A stretch of 64,000 bases of DNA from Candidatus Rariloculaceae bacterium (lineage in GTDB: Bacteria > Pseudomonadota > Gammaproteobacteria > Steroidobacterales > Rariloculaceae). The notes below the pieces were generated by a model. That model searched no databases and had not been told where the DNA came from. It was given only the letters and a program-made list of their open reading frames with translations. The position numbers and the translations under genes were made by a program. The DNA is taken from assembly GCA_965223375.1 (NCBI GenBank), contig OZ245000.1:3163092-3227091 (forward strand), read 5' to 3'. Below, piece by piece: positions 16,783-25,606 of this stretch. The stretch's first letter is position 1, and each line of letters begins with the position of its first letter.

Positions 16783-18753
16783 ATGAATCATCGCTTACCT
16801 GTCGCGGCCCTCGCCGCAGGCCTGCTGCTGACCGGCCAGTCCCTTCGCGAGGCCCATGCTCAAGCGAGCCCATGGGATTCGTTGACTTCCGACGAGATCG
16901 CCGTCGCTGCCGCCGCCGTTCAGGGCGAGGTCGGCGGGCCCGTCATCTTCAACGAGCTCAAGCTGCAGCGGCCGGACAAGACGGCGGCGCTCGCGTGGCG
17001 CCCCGGCGGGGATATCGGTCCGCGTCGGGCCGATGTCGTCTTTCTGTTCGAGAACGTCGCCTATGAAGGCCTCGTCGACCTCGCAACCGGCGATGTCACG
17101 CTCACAGCGCTGGCCGACGATGTGCAGCCGATGCTGTCGATCGAGGGCGAGTTCGTGCCGACGATGCCGATCATCCGCGAGCATCCGGACGTCATCGCAG
17201 GGCTCGGCCGCCGTGGTCTGGCACCGGAAGACGTCACCTGCGGTCCGCTCTCCGTCGGGCGATTCCCGGGCGACGTGGACGGCACGCGGCGACTGGTCAA
17301 GCTGATGTGCCTGAAGATCAGCGGCAAGTCCCGTAACGCGTTCTCGCAACCGGTCGAAGGGCTCGTGCCGGTGGTCGACCTCGAGGCGCGTGAAGTCGTC
17401 GAGGTCATCGATCTCGCGGCGGGCAGTGAGCCGATACCGGTTCCCGAGCTCACTCACGACTTCGACGCGGCGGCGATTCCCGTTCGTGCCGCTCTGAATC
17501 CGGTGCGGCAGGATCTGCAGGGCGACCCGAACTACGATCGTGACGGCTCGCATGTCAGCTGGCAGAACTGGGATTTTCGCTTCGGCTTCGATCCCCGGCA
17601 GGGCGTGATTCTCCATGACGTAGGCTTCCGCGACGGCGACCGGCGGCGGCGTGTGATCTACGAAATCGCGATGTCCGAGATGTTCGTGCCCTACCAGGAT
17701 CCGACACCGGCCTGGTACTACCGCACCTACTTCGACATGGGCGAATACGGCTTCGGGAACTCGTCCACCGAGCTGCTTGGCGCCGACTGCCCTGACCATG
17801 CCGAGTTCATCGACGTCACGCTCGCGAGCGTCGCCGGCGAGCCTGTCCGGGTGCCGCGCCGCATGTGCCTCTTCGAGCGCGATCCGTCGCGCCCGGTCTG
17901 GCGTCACAGCGAGTTCATCCTGCCGGCCCACGAGTCGCGGCCGGCCACGCAGCTGGTCGTTCGCATGGCAGCAACGATCGGCAACTACGATTACTTTCAG
18001 GATTACGTGCTGAGCCAGGACGGGCGATTTCGGGTCGAGCTGATCGCGACCGGCATCGACGCCGTCAAGGCGGTGAGCGCCGCAACGAAGGCCGACGCCG
18101 CACCGGGGGAGCTCGACTACGGCACGTTGATCGCTCCCTATCTGCTCGGCGTCAATCACGACCACTTCTTCAGCTACCGAGTCGATCTCGATGTCGACGG
18201 CACGGCAAACGACTTCGTGCGGATGCGTCTGGTGCCGCAGGGCACTGCGGGTTCGTCGCCGCGCACCGGGTACTGGCGCGTCGAACCGGAAACCGTCGCG
18301 AGCGAGCTCGCGGCAAGAACCCGTGTCGACGTCGATCGGCCGGCGGCCCTGCTGGTCCGCAACACGTCTTCGACGAACGCGATGGGCGAGCCCGCTGCGT
18401 TCCAGATCATTAATGAGAGTGTCGCGCGGCCGCTGGTCGACCCGGAGGATCCGGCGTACCAGCGCGGCGCGTTCACCCGCTATGACCTATGGGTGACGCC
18501 GTACGCGGCGGGTGAGCTGTTCGCTTCCGGTCGGCATATCAATCAGGGCCGCGGCGGCATGGGCCTGCCGGAGTGGACGTCGGCGGACCGCGCGCTCCGT
18601 GGTGCCGACCTGGTTGCCTGGGTCACGCTCGGTTTTCACCACGTCCCGATGGCCGAGGACTGGCCGGTCATGCCCGCCAAAGTGGATGCATTCGAGCTTA
18701 AGCCGCGCAACTTCTTCGATCGCAACCCGGCTATCGACGTGCCGTCCCGCTAG
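16783..18753 (+). CDS. Copper-containing primary amine oxidase (topaquinone enzyme), exported
   Basis: 656 aa with a signal peptide. TIGNYDY is the TPQ precursor motif (N-Y-D/E). VNHDHFF (HxH) and GFHHVP supply Cu ligands. Confidence 0.9.
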   Translation: MNHRLPVAALAAGLLLTGQSLREAHAQASPWDSLTSDEIAVAAAAVQGEVGGPVIFNELKLQRPDKTAALAWRPGGDIGPRRADVVFLFENVAYEGLVDLATGDVTLTALADDVQPMLSIEGEFVPTMPIIREHPDVIAGLGRRGLAPEDVTCGPLSVGRFPGDVDGTRRLVKLMCLKISGKSRNAFSQPVEGLVPVVDLEAREVVEVIDLAAGSEPIPVPELTHDFDAAAIPVRAALNPVRQDLQGDPNYDRDGSHVSWQNWDFRFGFDPRQGVILHDVGFRDGDRRRRVIYEIAMSEMFVPYQDPTPAWYYRTYFDMGEYGFGNSSTELLGADCPDHAEFIDVTLASVAGEPVRVPRRMCLFERDPSRPVWRHSEFILPAHESRPATQLVVRMAATIGNYDYFQDYVLSQDGRFRVELIATGIDAVKAVSAATKADAAPGELDYGTLIAPYLLGVNHDHFFSYRVDLDVDGTANDFVRMRLVPQGTAGSSPRTGYWRVEPETVASELAARTRVDVDRPAALLVRNTSSTNAMGEPAAFQIINESVARPLVDPEDPAYQRGAFTRYDLWVTPYAAGELFASGRHINQGRGGMGLPEWTSADRALRGADLVAWVTLGFHHVPMAEDWPVMPAKVDAFELKPRNFFDRNPAIDVPSR

Positions 18754-18825
18754 CGGGACGCGGGGGCTGCTGTTGTGCGCGGACGGCTCGACTGATGCAG
18801 GCCTCTGCCCGCTTGAGCTACTCGG

Positions 18826-19854
18826 CTACTTTTCCCGACTGATTCGTGCCATAGCAGTCGCAACGGCGGACTCGGCCATCGCTGTCCGATAGCCCTCATT
18901 GATGAGGCGCTGGATGGCTTCGCTCTTCGAGTATGTCTTGAGCAGCCGCTCGGCCTCCGATTCGGCGGCCGGTAAGCTTTTTAGAATGCTGCCGAGCCTG
19001 CTGTCTGGCTTTCTGCGCCTGACGAAATCGTCGAGTAGACGCGGCCCGCTTTCGCTCATGTTTACGAGACGGGACAGGCGTATCACCTTGGGATGACCCG
19101 CCGGCTGATCCCTGAGTTTCACGTGTGCCTGCGCAAGGCAAAAACCGTTGGCAAGCTCCTTGAGTTCGAATAGCCTTTCAGCCGGCCCCCCTTTCTGGAT
19201 TCGATGCTCTTCCGGGTAGCCCGGAAGGTGGTACTCCACGGAGTCGATTCGGGCCGTGGCGGAGTGATGCCCAAAGACGATGAGATGAATGCGGTACGGC
19301 ATGTTTCCGAACCGCGTATTCCGGTCGACGCGCCAGCAGCTGTGGATCAGGTGCAGGTGGCTGGGTGTCACTGGTTCTCCGTCAGCCACCTTGTCGAGAC
19401 TCCCTTGCATTTCGATGCTGCCGATCCGGGATTCAATGGCCTGTCTGAGCTGATCGAGACCGGTCGTCCCCCGGTCGGCGACCCACTCCTCGATCGACAG
19501 AGCCTGGGCTTCTCGAAACAGCCTCGGCGGTCCCGCATCGTCGATGCATACAGGCAAATACACGTCTCTCTCGAAAGCGGCGGCTGCTTCGCCCTGAACC
19601 CACAAAGACTTCCGCGACGTTCGGGACCACAAGACGAGCACGCAGCGAGCGCTTTCCAGCCGGCGTTGTAATTCGCTGCTCCATGCGGCGCCGGCTTCGA
19701 TCTTCCGATCCCAGAAGATTTCCCAGCCGTCTTCCTCATGCAGCCGTGCGGCGAGGTCGGCTGCGATCTCCCTGTCGTTCCTTGCGTAGCTGATGAAAAT
19801 ATCGGTCACTCTGAGAGTATGTACCTCACGAGCCCTGCGTCGACAAGTTGGCAA
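18826..19854 (-). CDS. TIR-domain protein with a central beta-rich YEATS-like (pYEATS-type) domain and a helical tail
   Basis: DIFISYARNDREIAADLAARL...CVLVLWSRTSRKSLWVQGEAAAAF is a bacterial TIR core with the conserved Glu (E89 of the track ORF). Residues ~165-265 (YRIHLIVFGHH...IDSVEYHLPGYPEE...) resemble the prokaryotic YEATS-like module often fused to TIR. The start is uncertain (ATG 19854 or GTG at VTDIF). Confidence 0.75.
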   Translation of the reverse strand: MPTCRRRAREVHTLRVTDIFISYARNDREIAADLAARLHEEDGWEIFWDRKIEAGAAWSSELQRRLESARCVLVLWSRTSRKSLWVQGEAAAAFERDVYLPVCIDDAGPPRLFREAQALSIEEWVADRGTTGLDQLRQAIESRIGSIEMQGSLDKVADGEPVTPSHLHLIHSCWRVDRNTRFGNMPYRIHLIVFGHHSATARIDSVEYHLPGYPEEHRIQKGGPAERLFELKELANGFCLAQAHVKLRDQPAGHPKVIRLSRLVNMSESGPRLLDDFVRRRKPDSRLGSILKSLPAAESEAERLLKTYSKSEAIQRLINEGYRTAMAESAVATAMARISREK

Positions 19855-19953
19855 CGAAGAGAACGTCGCTTGCCATCTTCCTAAGCCTCTGGAAATCGTA
19901 TAACGTCGGGATCGACGTTGCCCTTTTACACCAGAGCCGCGGGGGAATTAACC

Positions 19954-22875
19954 ATGGCGATCCAAGCGGGGCGTGTCTCATCGCGCAGGTCTTTTGCTTC
20001 CCTGAGCATTCTTTCGGCAGCGGTTGCTGCCGCCCTCTCAGCACCGGGTGTCGCTTTGGCCCAGGCGCAAACCGAGGAAGTCATCGTTACCGGTTCGCGC
20101 GTTTCGCGTAGTGGTTTCGATACCCCTCAACCGGTAACGGCAATCGGCGCCGAGCAGATAGAGAGTCTCGGCCTCGTCAACGTCGGCGATATCGCCCGCA
20201 CGATGCCGCAGAATACGCCGTTCTTCGCTGAGACGAACGTCGGCGTCGGCAACTTCAATGTCGGCGCACAGCTCGCGAATCTTCGCGGCCTGAATCCCTT
20301 CTTTGGCACGCGCACGCTGACGCTGGTCGATACGAAGCGTGTCGTGCCGAACTCCGAGGGCAGTGCGGTCGATCTGACGCTGATTCCGTCGATGCTCGTC
20401 GAGCGAATGGAAGTCGTGACCGGCGGCGCCTCGGCCGCCTACGGGTCGGACGCCATCGCCGGTGTCGTCAACGTCATCCTCGACAAGGACCTCGACGGTT
20501 TCCGTGCCCAGGTCGACATGGGCCAGACTACCGAGAGCGACGGCGACGATCTGCACGCTTCCTTCGGCTTCGGCATGCCCTTCGGCGACGGCGACCGCGG
20601 GCACTTCCTGATCGGCGCCGAGTTTCAGAATCAGGACGCCATCGGACCCTGCGTCTCGAACCGTTCGTGGTGCGCCGAGTCGTGGGCCATTCATACGAAC
20701 GGCGCCTTCGCGACCGGCAACGGCCTGCCGAATTTCGTAGTGGCCCCGGATTCCAAGCTGCCCACGACCGAGACCGGGCTCTTTACGCCTTTCGGTGGCG
20801 CCACCCAGCAGTTCACGGCCGATGGCCAGGACCTGATGCCGTACGATCCCGGGCAGTTCTCCGGCTTCTTCACGCGCCTCGGCGGTGACGGCAGCCTCTC
20901 ATCCTACAGCCTGTCGAACATCCGGCCGGAAATCGAGCGGCACACGGTCATGGCCCGTATCAGCTATGACGTCACGAGTTCGCTCAACTATTTCGCCGAG
21001 CTCTACAGCGCGGCCAGCGATTCGGTCGGCGATCCCGCCAATGGTGCGCTTGGGCCCTTTGTCGGCATCATCGCGCCGGATAACGCGTTCCTTTCGCCGG
21101 CCGTACGGGCGGTCGCGCCGGGCGGCGGCATCTTCAGCCGTAACTACGCGCCGAACCTGTTCTCGGCACGCAATACGACCGAGAACGACACGCTGCGCTT
21201 CGTCACTGGCCTCGAGGGTGATATCGGCGCGAACTGGAGCTGGGACGGCTATTACCAGTACGGCGAGAACGAGAACCACCAGCGGCTGTTTCACAACATG
21301 GTCGGTGCGTTCGTGCCGGTGCCGGTAACGTACAACTTCCTCGGCTGGGCAATCGATTCCGTCGTCGACCCGAACGATCCAAACAATATCGTCTGCCGCG
21401 CGACGATTCCGGGCGACCCGGCATTCAATCCACTCGCCGCGGGGTGTGTGCCGCTGAATCTGTTCGGCGCCGTGCGGCCCGACCAGGCCGCCATCGATTA
21501 CGTCTATCGGACGCTCAAGGAAGACACGGACTACGAGCAGAACGTCATCGGCGCGAATTTTCGCGGTGACCTTGCCGAAGGCTGGGCCGGCCCGATCCGT
21601 GGTGCATTCGGCATCGAGTACCGGCAGGACGAGTATCTCGCGACGCACGATATGGCCAACCAGCCCTGGTACAACGACTATCTGCTTTCCTGGGGTCTCG
21701 ACCGCGGCGGCAAGATCGAAGCGACCGAAGCCTACGGGGAGATCCAGGTACCGATGGCGGAGAACTTCCAGGCGGACTTCGCGGTTCGTTCGACATCGAC
21801 CGATGCGACGAGTGCAACGCAGGCGGGTGTCGGCGCGAGCCGCAGCTTCGAGAGCTGGAAGGCGGCGGGTATATACGATCCGCTCGACTGGTTGCGCTTC
21901 CGCGCCACGCGGTCGCGCGATATCCGCGCGGGCAACTTCCGTGAACTTTTCCTGCCGCGTGATACGGCGCAGGCCGCTCCCGGAGGCTTCCCGGGGCCGA
22001 TCACGAATCCATGGAACAACGGCATCGAGGAGGGTTACACGAGCATCACCGGCGGGAATCCGGGTCTCAAGCCTGAGACTGCCGATACCACGACTTTCGG
22101 CGCCGTCTTGTCGTTCGACCGCCTGCGCCTCTCGCTCGACTGGTTCGAGATTGACATGACTGACGCGATCACGCCGGGCGGTCTCGGCGGCGTCAGCGCC
22201 CAGAACCTGGTCGATGCCTGCTTCCGTGGCGGGGCAAAGGCCTGCGAGTTCGTTCAGGGCTTCGGCACCGACGACATTACCGCGGTCGAGGCGGGCTCCA
22301 TCAACATCGGCCAGTTCCTGACCCGAGGCATCGACATCGAGGCCGTCTACGACGTGGCGATGAGCAACGGTGGCAGCCTCAACCTTCGGGTGATCGGATC
22401 CTATCTCTATGATCTGATCGTCGACACGGGGCTCGGCGACCCGCCGATCAACTATGAAGGGCAGAGCGGACCGGTCGGTTCCTTCGGCGGCTTCAACACC
22501 TCACCGAACTGGCAGGCCACGGCGTGGCTGACATACTCGCGCGACCGTTTTCGCACGACGCTCGAGACTCGCTACATCGGCTCCGGTTCGCTGAACGCCA
22601 CTCGCTTCGACAGCCCGGCCGGCGCATCGACGAACACGCTGCTCAACTCGATGACGACCAATACCGTCGAGGATCGCTACTACCTTGCTTGGTCGGGTTC
22701 GTATGACTTCGAGTTCGGCGGCGGCGGTACCGATATGCAGTTCTTCTGGGCCGTGACGAACCTGCTCGACGAAGATCCCCCGGTCGCACCCGGCGGAAAC
22801 GTGTACCCGACCAATCCCGTGTTCTTCGACACGATCGGGCGCCGGTACAGGGTCGGACTGCGATTTTCGTTCTGA
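19954..22875 (+). CDS. TonB-dependent receptor
   Basis: Start at ATG 19954 (RBS ggggg). The signal peptide ends ALAQAQ and the plug begins TEEVIVTGSR. The beta-barrel ends with the terminal motif RVGLRFSF. Confidence 0.95.
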   Translation: MAIQAGRVSSRRSFASLSILSAAVAAALSAPGVALAQAQTEEVIVTGSRVSRSGFDTPQPVTAIGAEQIESLGLVNVGDIARTMPQNTPFFAETNVGVGNFNVGAQLANLRGLNPFFGTRTLTLVDTKRVVPNSEGSAVDLTLIPSMLVERMEVVTGGASAAYGSDAIAGVVNVILDKDLDGFRAQVDMGQTTESDGDDLHASFGFGMPFGDGDRGHFLIGAEFQNQDAIGPCVSNRSWCAESWAIHTNGAFATGNGLPNFVVAPDSKLPTTETGLFTPFGGATQQFTADGQDLMPYDPGQFSGFFTRLGGDGSLSSYSLSNIRPEIERHTVMARISYDVTSSLNYFAELYSAASDSVGDPANGALGPFVGIIAPDNAFLSPAVRAVAPGGGIFSRNYAPNLFSARNTTENDTLRFVTGLEGDIGANWSWDGYYQYGENENHQRLFHNMVGAFVPVPVTYNFLGWAIDSVVDPNDPNNIVCRATIPGDPAFNPLAAGCVPLNLFGAVRPDQAAIDYVYRTLKEDTDYEQNVIGANFRGDLAEGWAGPIRGAFGIEYRQDEYLATHDMANQPWYNDYLLSWGLDRGGKIEATEAYGEIQVPMAENFQADFAVRSTSTDATSATQAGVGASRSFESWKAAGIYDPLDWLRFRATRSRDIRAGNFRELFLPRDTAQAAPGGFPGPITNPWNNGIEEGYTSITGGNPGLKPETADTTTFGAVLSFDRLRLSLDWFEIDMTDAITPGGLGGVSAQNLVDACFRGGAKACEFVQGFGTDDITAVEAGSINIGQFLTRGIDIEAVYDVAMSNGGSLNLRVIGSYLYDLIVDTGLGDPPINYEGQSGPVGSFGGFNTSPNWQATAWLTYSRDRFRTTLETRYIGSGSLNATRFDSPAGASTNTLLNSMTTNTVEDRYYLAWSGSYDFEFGGGGTDMQFFWAVTNLLDEDPPVAPGGNVYPTNPVFFDTIGRRYRVGLRFSF

Positions 22876-23006
22876 CCGCCTGACGGGCTCGGCCGGCCAG
22901 TCAGCAGAGACGTCCGATCGTCCCTACCGTCTGCCTGGGCGGGTCATTCAGGATCCCCCGGGGCTTCCGGCCCGCAGGCGCCTCCTCAGGCGCTTCCGGG
23001 AGCGAG

Positions 23007-23612
23007 CTATGGCAGAGGGGGCAGACCCAGGTGCCGCCGGATTGCCGGCCGGACCGAGTTGACGTTGTAGACGATCAGGTCCTGCAGGCGATCGATGCCT
23101 TCGTCCTGATCCTGGACTTCGTCGTCGAGCCAGACGGCACCCGCCGAAATCAGCACGGCGCCTTCATCGCTGATCGTGTAGATCGCCATATGGACAACTG
23201 CAAGCAGGTCATCGGCATCCGAGTCACTGACTTCGCGGGCAAACTCACGGATGCGGGCGAACGTGTTCGGTTCGATCGACGCGCGGACGGATTCTATCGA
23301 TGATCCCCGACCGATTGCCGACGGTCGCAGCATCAGCACGGCCTGAACTCCCTGTTCGACGAGCTCGTGACGGAACTCGACGTCGTCGAGATCGCGCACA
23401 TCGGGTTCAATGTCGAAGCTCGTGACCGCGTCGTAGTTGTTTTCGCGCGCCCGGGTGACGAGCCGGGTCTCGAAGTCGGCGCGTAGCACCGGATCGTCGG
23501 TCAGCGCGACGACGGCAGCCTTGTAGCGTACGACCGGCTGGTCAGCCTGTTGCGCGAATACAATCGGCAGGCCGCCGCCTAGCAGAATCAGGGCCAAGCA
23601 AGATTTGCGCAT
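23007..23612 (-). CDS. Hypothetical secreted protein
   Basis: 201 aa. The signal peptide is MRKSCLALILLGGGLPIVFAQQ. I recognise no family. Confidence 0.6.
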   Translation of the reverse strand: MRKSCLALILLGGGLPIVFAQQADQPVVRYKAAVVALTDDPVLRADFETRLVTRARENNYDAVTSFDIEPDVRDLDDVEFRHELVEQGVQAVLMLRPSAIGRGSSIESVRASIEPNTFARIREFAREVSDSDADDLLAVVHMAIYTISDEGAVLISAGAVWLDDEVQDQDEGIDRLQDLIVYNVNSVRPAIRRHLGLPPLP

Positions 23613-23780
23613 TGGTGTTTCCCGGCCGCGGATCTCGATCGATCATACCATCGGGCTCGTAATCTCGTTCCTGCGCCGTTGTTCTGGGACGCACCAGCTG
23701 CGTTGCCAAGGCGGACGATGCACAGTAGTGTCGCGAGTCATCAGGCGGTGAGGTACCGAATCCGGAGGAGGACGAGCTTG

Positions 23781-24590
23781 ATGACTCAGCGAATCTTCAG
23801 GTTCAGTGGGCCGTTGCCGGTGGTCCCGCTGATGCTGCTGCTGATTGCCTGCGGGCCGGCGCCGGATCCGACGACAACATCCGCTACGGAGCCGGCCGAA
23901 CCGCAGCAGGAAGTCCGGTCGATACCCGATTTCTCCGGCGTTTGGATGGCGTTCACCGTCGAGAATCCGGATGGCGACGGCACGGCACCGGTCTATTCCA
24001 CGGAAGGCGAAGCGACGCTCGACGCTTTCGTCGCACAGTTCAACGAGATTCCCGAGCCCGGCGGTAACTGTGTCGGTACGGGGCTGCCCGGCGTCATGCT
24101 CTCGACCGTGTCCTATCCGATCGAAATGGCGCAGACCGAATCCCGGATCCTGATGGTCGCGGAGCTCGAGCATCAGATTCGTCGCATTTTCCTCGACGGA
24201 CGCGATCACCCGAGCGACACGTTTCCATCGAACGTCGGCCACTCGGTCGGTACCTGGGACGGCGATACGCTGGTTGTCGACACGACGCTGCTCGAGCCAT
24301 GGGAACTTCGGCCCTGGCCGCGCGGCGACAATGCCCACGTCGTCGAGCGCATGTATCTGACCACGTTCGACGAGATCGCTGCTCGCCCGACCGGCTTTGT
24401 CGCGGAACTCGACGTCGCGGTCGGAAATTCTGTGCTGGTCATCGATATCACGCTGACCGACGCCGACTACTACGATAGCCCGCAGCGACGTATCGCTTAC
24501 TACCAGCGTGTTCCGGACAGCGCGACTGCCGAATACGGCTGCAGCAACGGACTGTGGCGCGACCTGCTCGACGACGAACGCATCGACTGA
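23781..24590 (+). CDS. Lipoprotein consisting of the stand-alone C-module (GHSxGxW[ED]GDTLVVDT family)
   Basis: Trimmed to MTQRIFRFSGPLPVVPLMLLLIAC (lipobox LIAC, RBS GGAGGAGGA). It carries GHSVGTWDGDTLVVDT, AHVVERMYL and the C-terminal EYGCSNG, shared with seven other genes in the window. Confidence 0.75.
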   Translation: MTQRIFRFSGPLPVVPLMLLLIACGPAPDPTTTSATEPAEPQQEVRSIPDFSGVWMAFTVENPDGDGTAPVYSTEGEATLDAFVAQFNEIPEPGGNCVGTGLPGVMLSTVSYPIEMAQTESRILMVAELEHQIRRIFLDGRDHPSDTFPSNVGHSVGTWDGDTLVVDTTLLEPWELRPWPRGDNAHVVERMYLTTFDEIAARPTGFVAELDVAVGNSVLVIDITLTDADYYDSPQRRIAYYQRVPDSATAEYGCSNGLWRDLLDDERID

Positions 24591-24704
24591 GCCGGCATCA
24601 CGCAGCTGATGGCACGACGGCCCGGCCGTACTCGCCTTGACACGTCCAGGAGCGACATCGATAGTCCCCGGGGTATCCGCTGACGTCCGATCGGGAGAAC
24701 AACG

Positions 24705-25583
24705 ATGAGAACCGGACCCGCTCCTCGCTCGCTACTCGCCGCCGCCGCATTCGCCGCCTTGTCGATTGCCGTGACGCCGGCACGAGCCCAGCTCATGGCG
24801 ACCGGCGCCGTGACGAACGGTCACCATCATCTGAACGTCAGCGATGTCGCCGCACACCAGGCCTTCTGGATCGATACTCTGGGCGGCAGCCCCGGTATGT
24901 TTGCGGGCCGCACGCCGATCGCGATGTTCCCTGATGCGCTCGTGTTTTTGCGCGAGCAGGCACCGACCGGTGGCTCGATCGGCACCATCGTGGATCACGT
25001 CGGATTTTCCGTGCCGAATCTGCGTGAGATGCTCGACCGCGTCATTGCCGCCGGCTACGAAGTGGCCACCGAAGCCGGGTCGCCTCCCGATGCGGAGATC
25101 GTCGATGGCATTCGTGTCGTGCCTGGGAATGGGCCGGTTTCTGGCATCGCCTACATACTCGGCCCGGACGAAGTGAAGGTCGAGCTGCTCGAGATGCGCG
25201 CGCAGGCGGCGCCGATCGTGAGCCACCATATCCACTTCTTCGGCGACGAAGCCGATGAGATGCGGCAGTGGTATGCGGACGTTTTCGGTGCCGAGATGCA
25301 GTCGGGCGGCGGCGCGGGCTTCGTCACCGCGACACTACCGGGTCTGTCGATGAATTACACTCGCACTGAATCCGCGACCGACGCAACGGCCGGGACGGTC
25401 ATCGATCACATCGGTTTCGAGATCGACGGGCTGGAAGCGTTCATTGCCGGGCTCGAAGCCAAAGGCATCACGCTCGACGTGCCATACCGGGAAATTCCGA
25501 ACGCGGGCCTCGCGATCGCGTTCCTGACTGATCCCTGGGGCACCTACATCGAGCTGACCGAGGGACTCGACGAGCTCCGCTGA
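24705..25583 (+). CDS. Exported two-domain VOC (glyoxalase/extradiol dioxygenase-like) protein
   Basis: 292 aa with a signal peptide ending ARAQ. It has two repeats of the VOC pattern (HHHLNVSD..., VDHVGFSVPN..., SHHIHFFG..., IDHIGFEID). Confidence 0.8.
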   Translation: MRTGPAPRSLLAAAAFAALSIAVTPARAQLMATGAVTNGHHHLNVSDVAAHQAFWIDTLGGSPGMFAGRTPIAMFPDALVFLREQAPTGGSIGTIVDHVGFSVPNLREMLDRVIAAGYEVATEAGSPPDAEIVDGIRVVPGNGPVSGIAYILGPDEVKVELLEMRAQAAPIVSHHIHFFGDEADEMRQWYADVFGAEMQSGGGAGFVTATLPGLSMNYTRTESATDATAGTVIDHIGFEIDGLEAFIAGLEAKGITLDVPYREIPNAGLAIAFLTDPWGTYIELTEGLDELR

Positions 25584-25606
25584 GTTAGGGTCACTGTCCC
25601 CTAACT
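25583..25606. repeat. 8-bp-stem hairpin containing the 17-mer TTAGGGTCACTGTCCCC, shared with the 54.8-kb palindrome
   Basis: AGTTAGGG (25583-25590) pairs with CCCTAACT (25599-25606). The hairpin overlaps both convergent stop codons (25581-25583 and 25591-25593). Confidence 0.8.

Noticed and set aside
18754-19953. The TIR gene as part of a mobile element or prophage remnant.
   Set aside because: I could find no integrase, transposase, tRNA target or flanking direct repeats. Only a modest GC drop supports foreign origin, so it is reported as an orphan gene and not as a mobile element.
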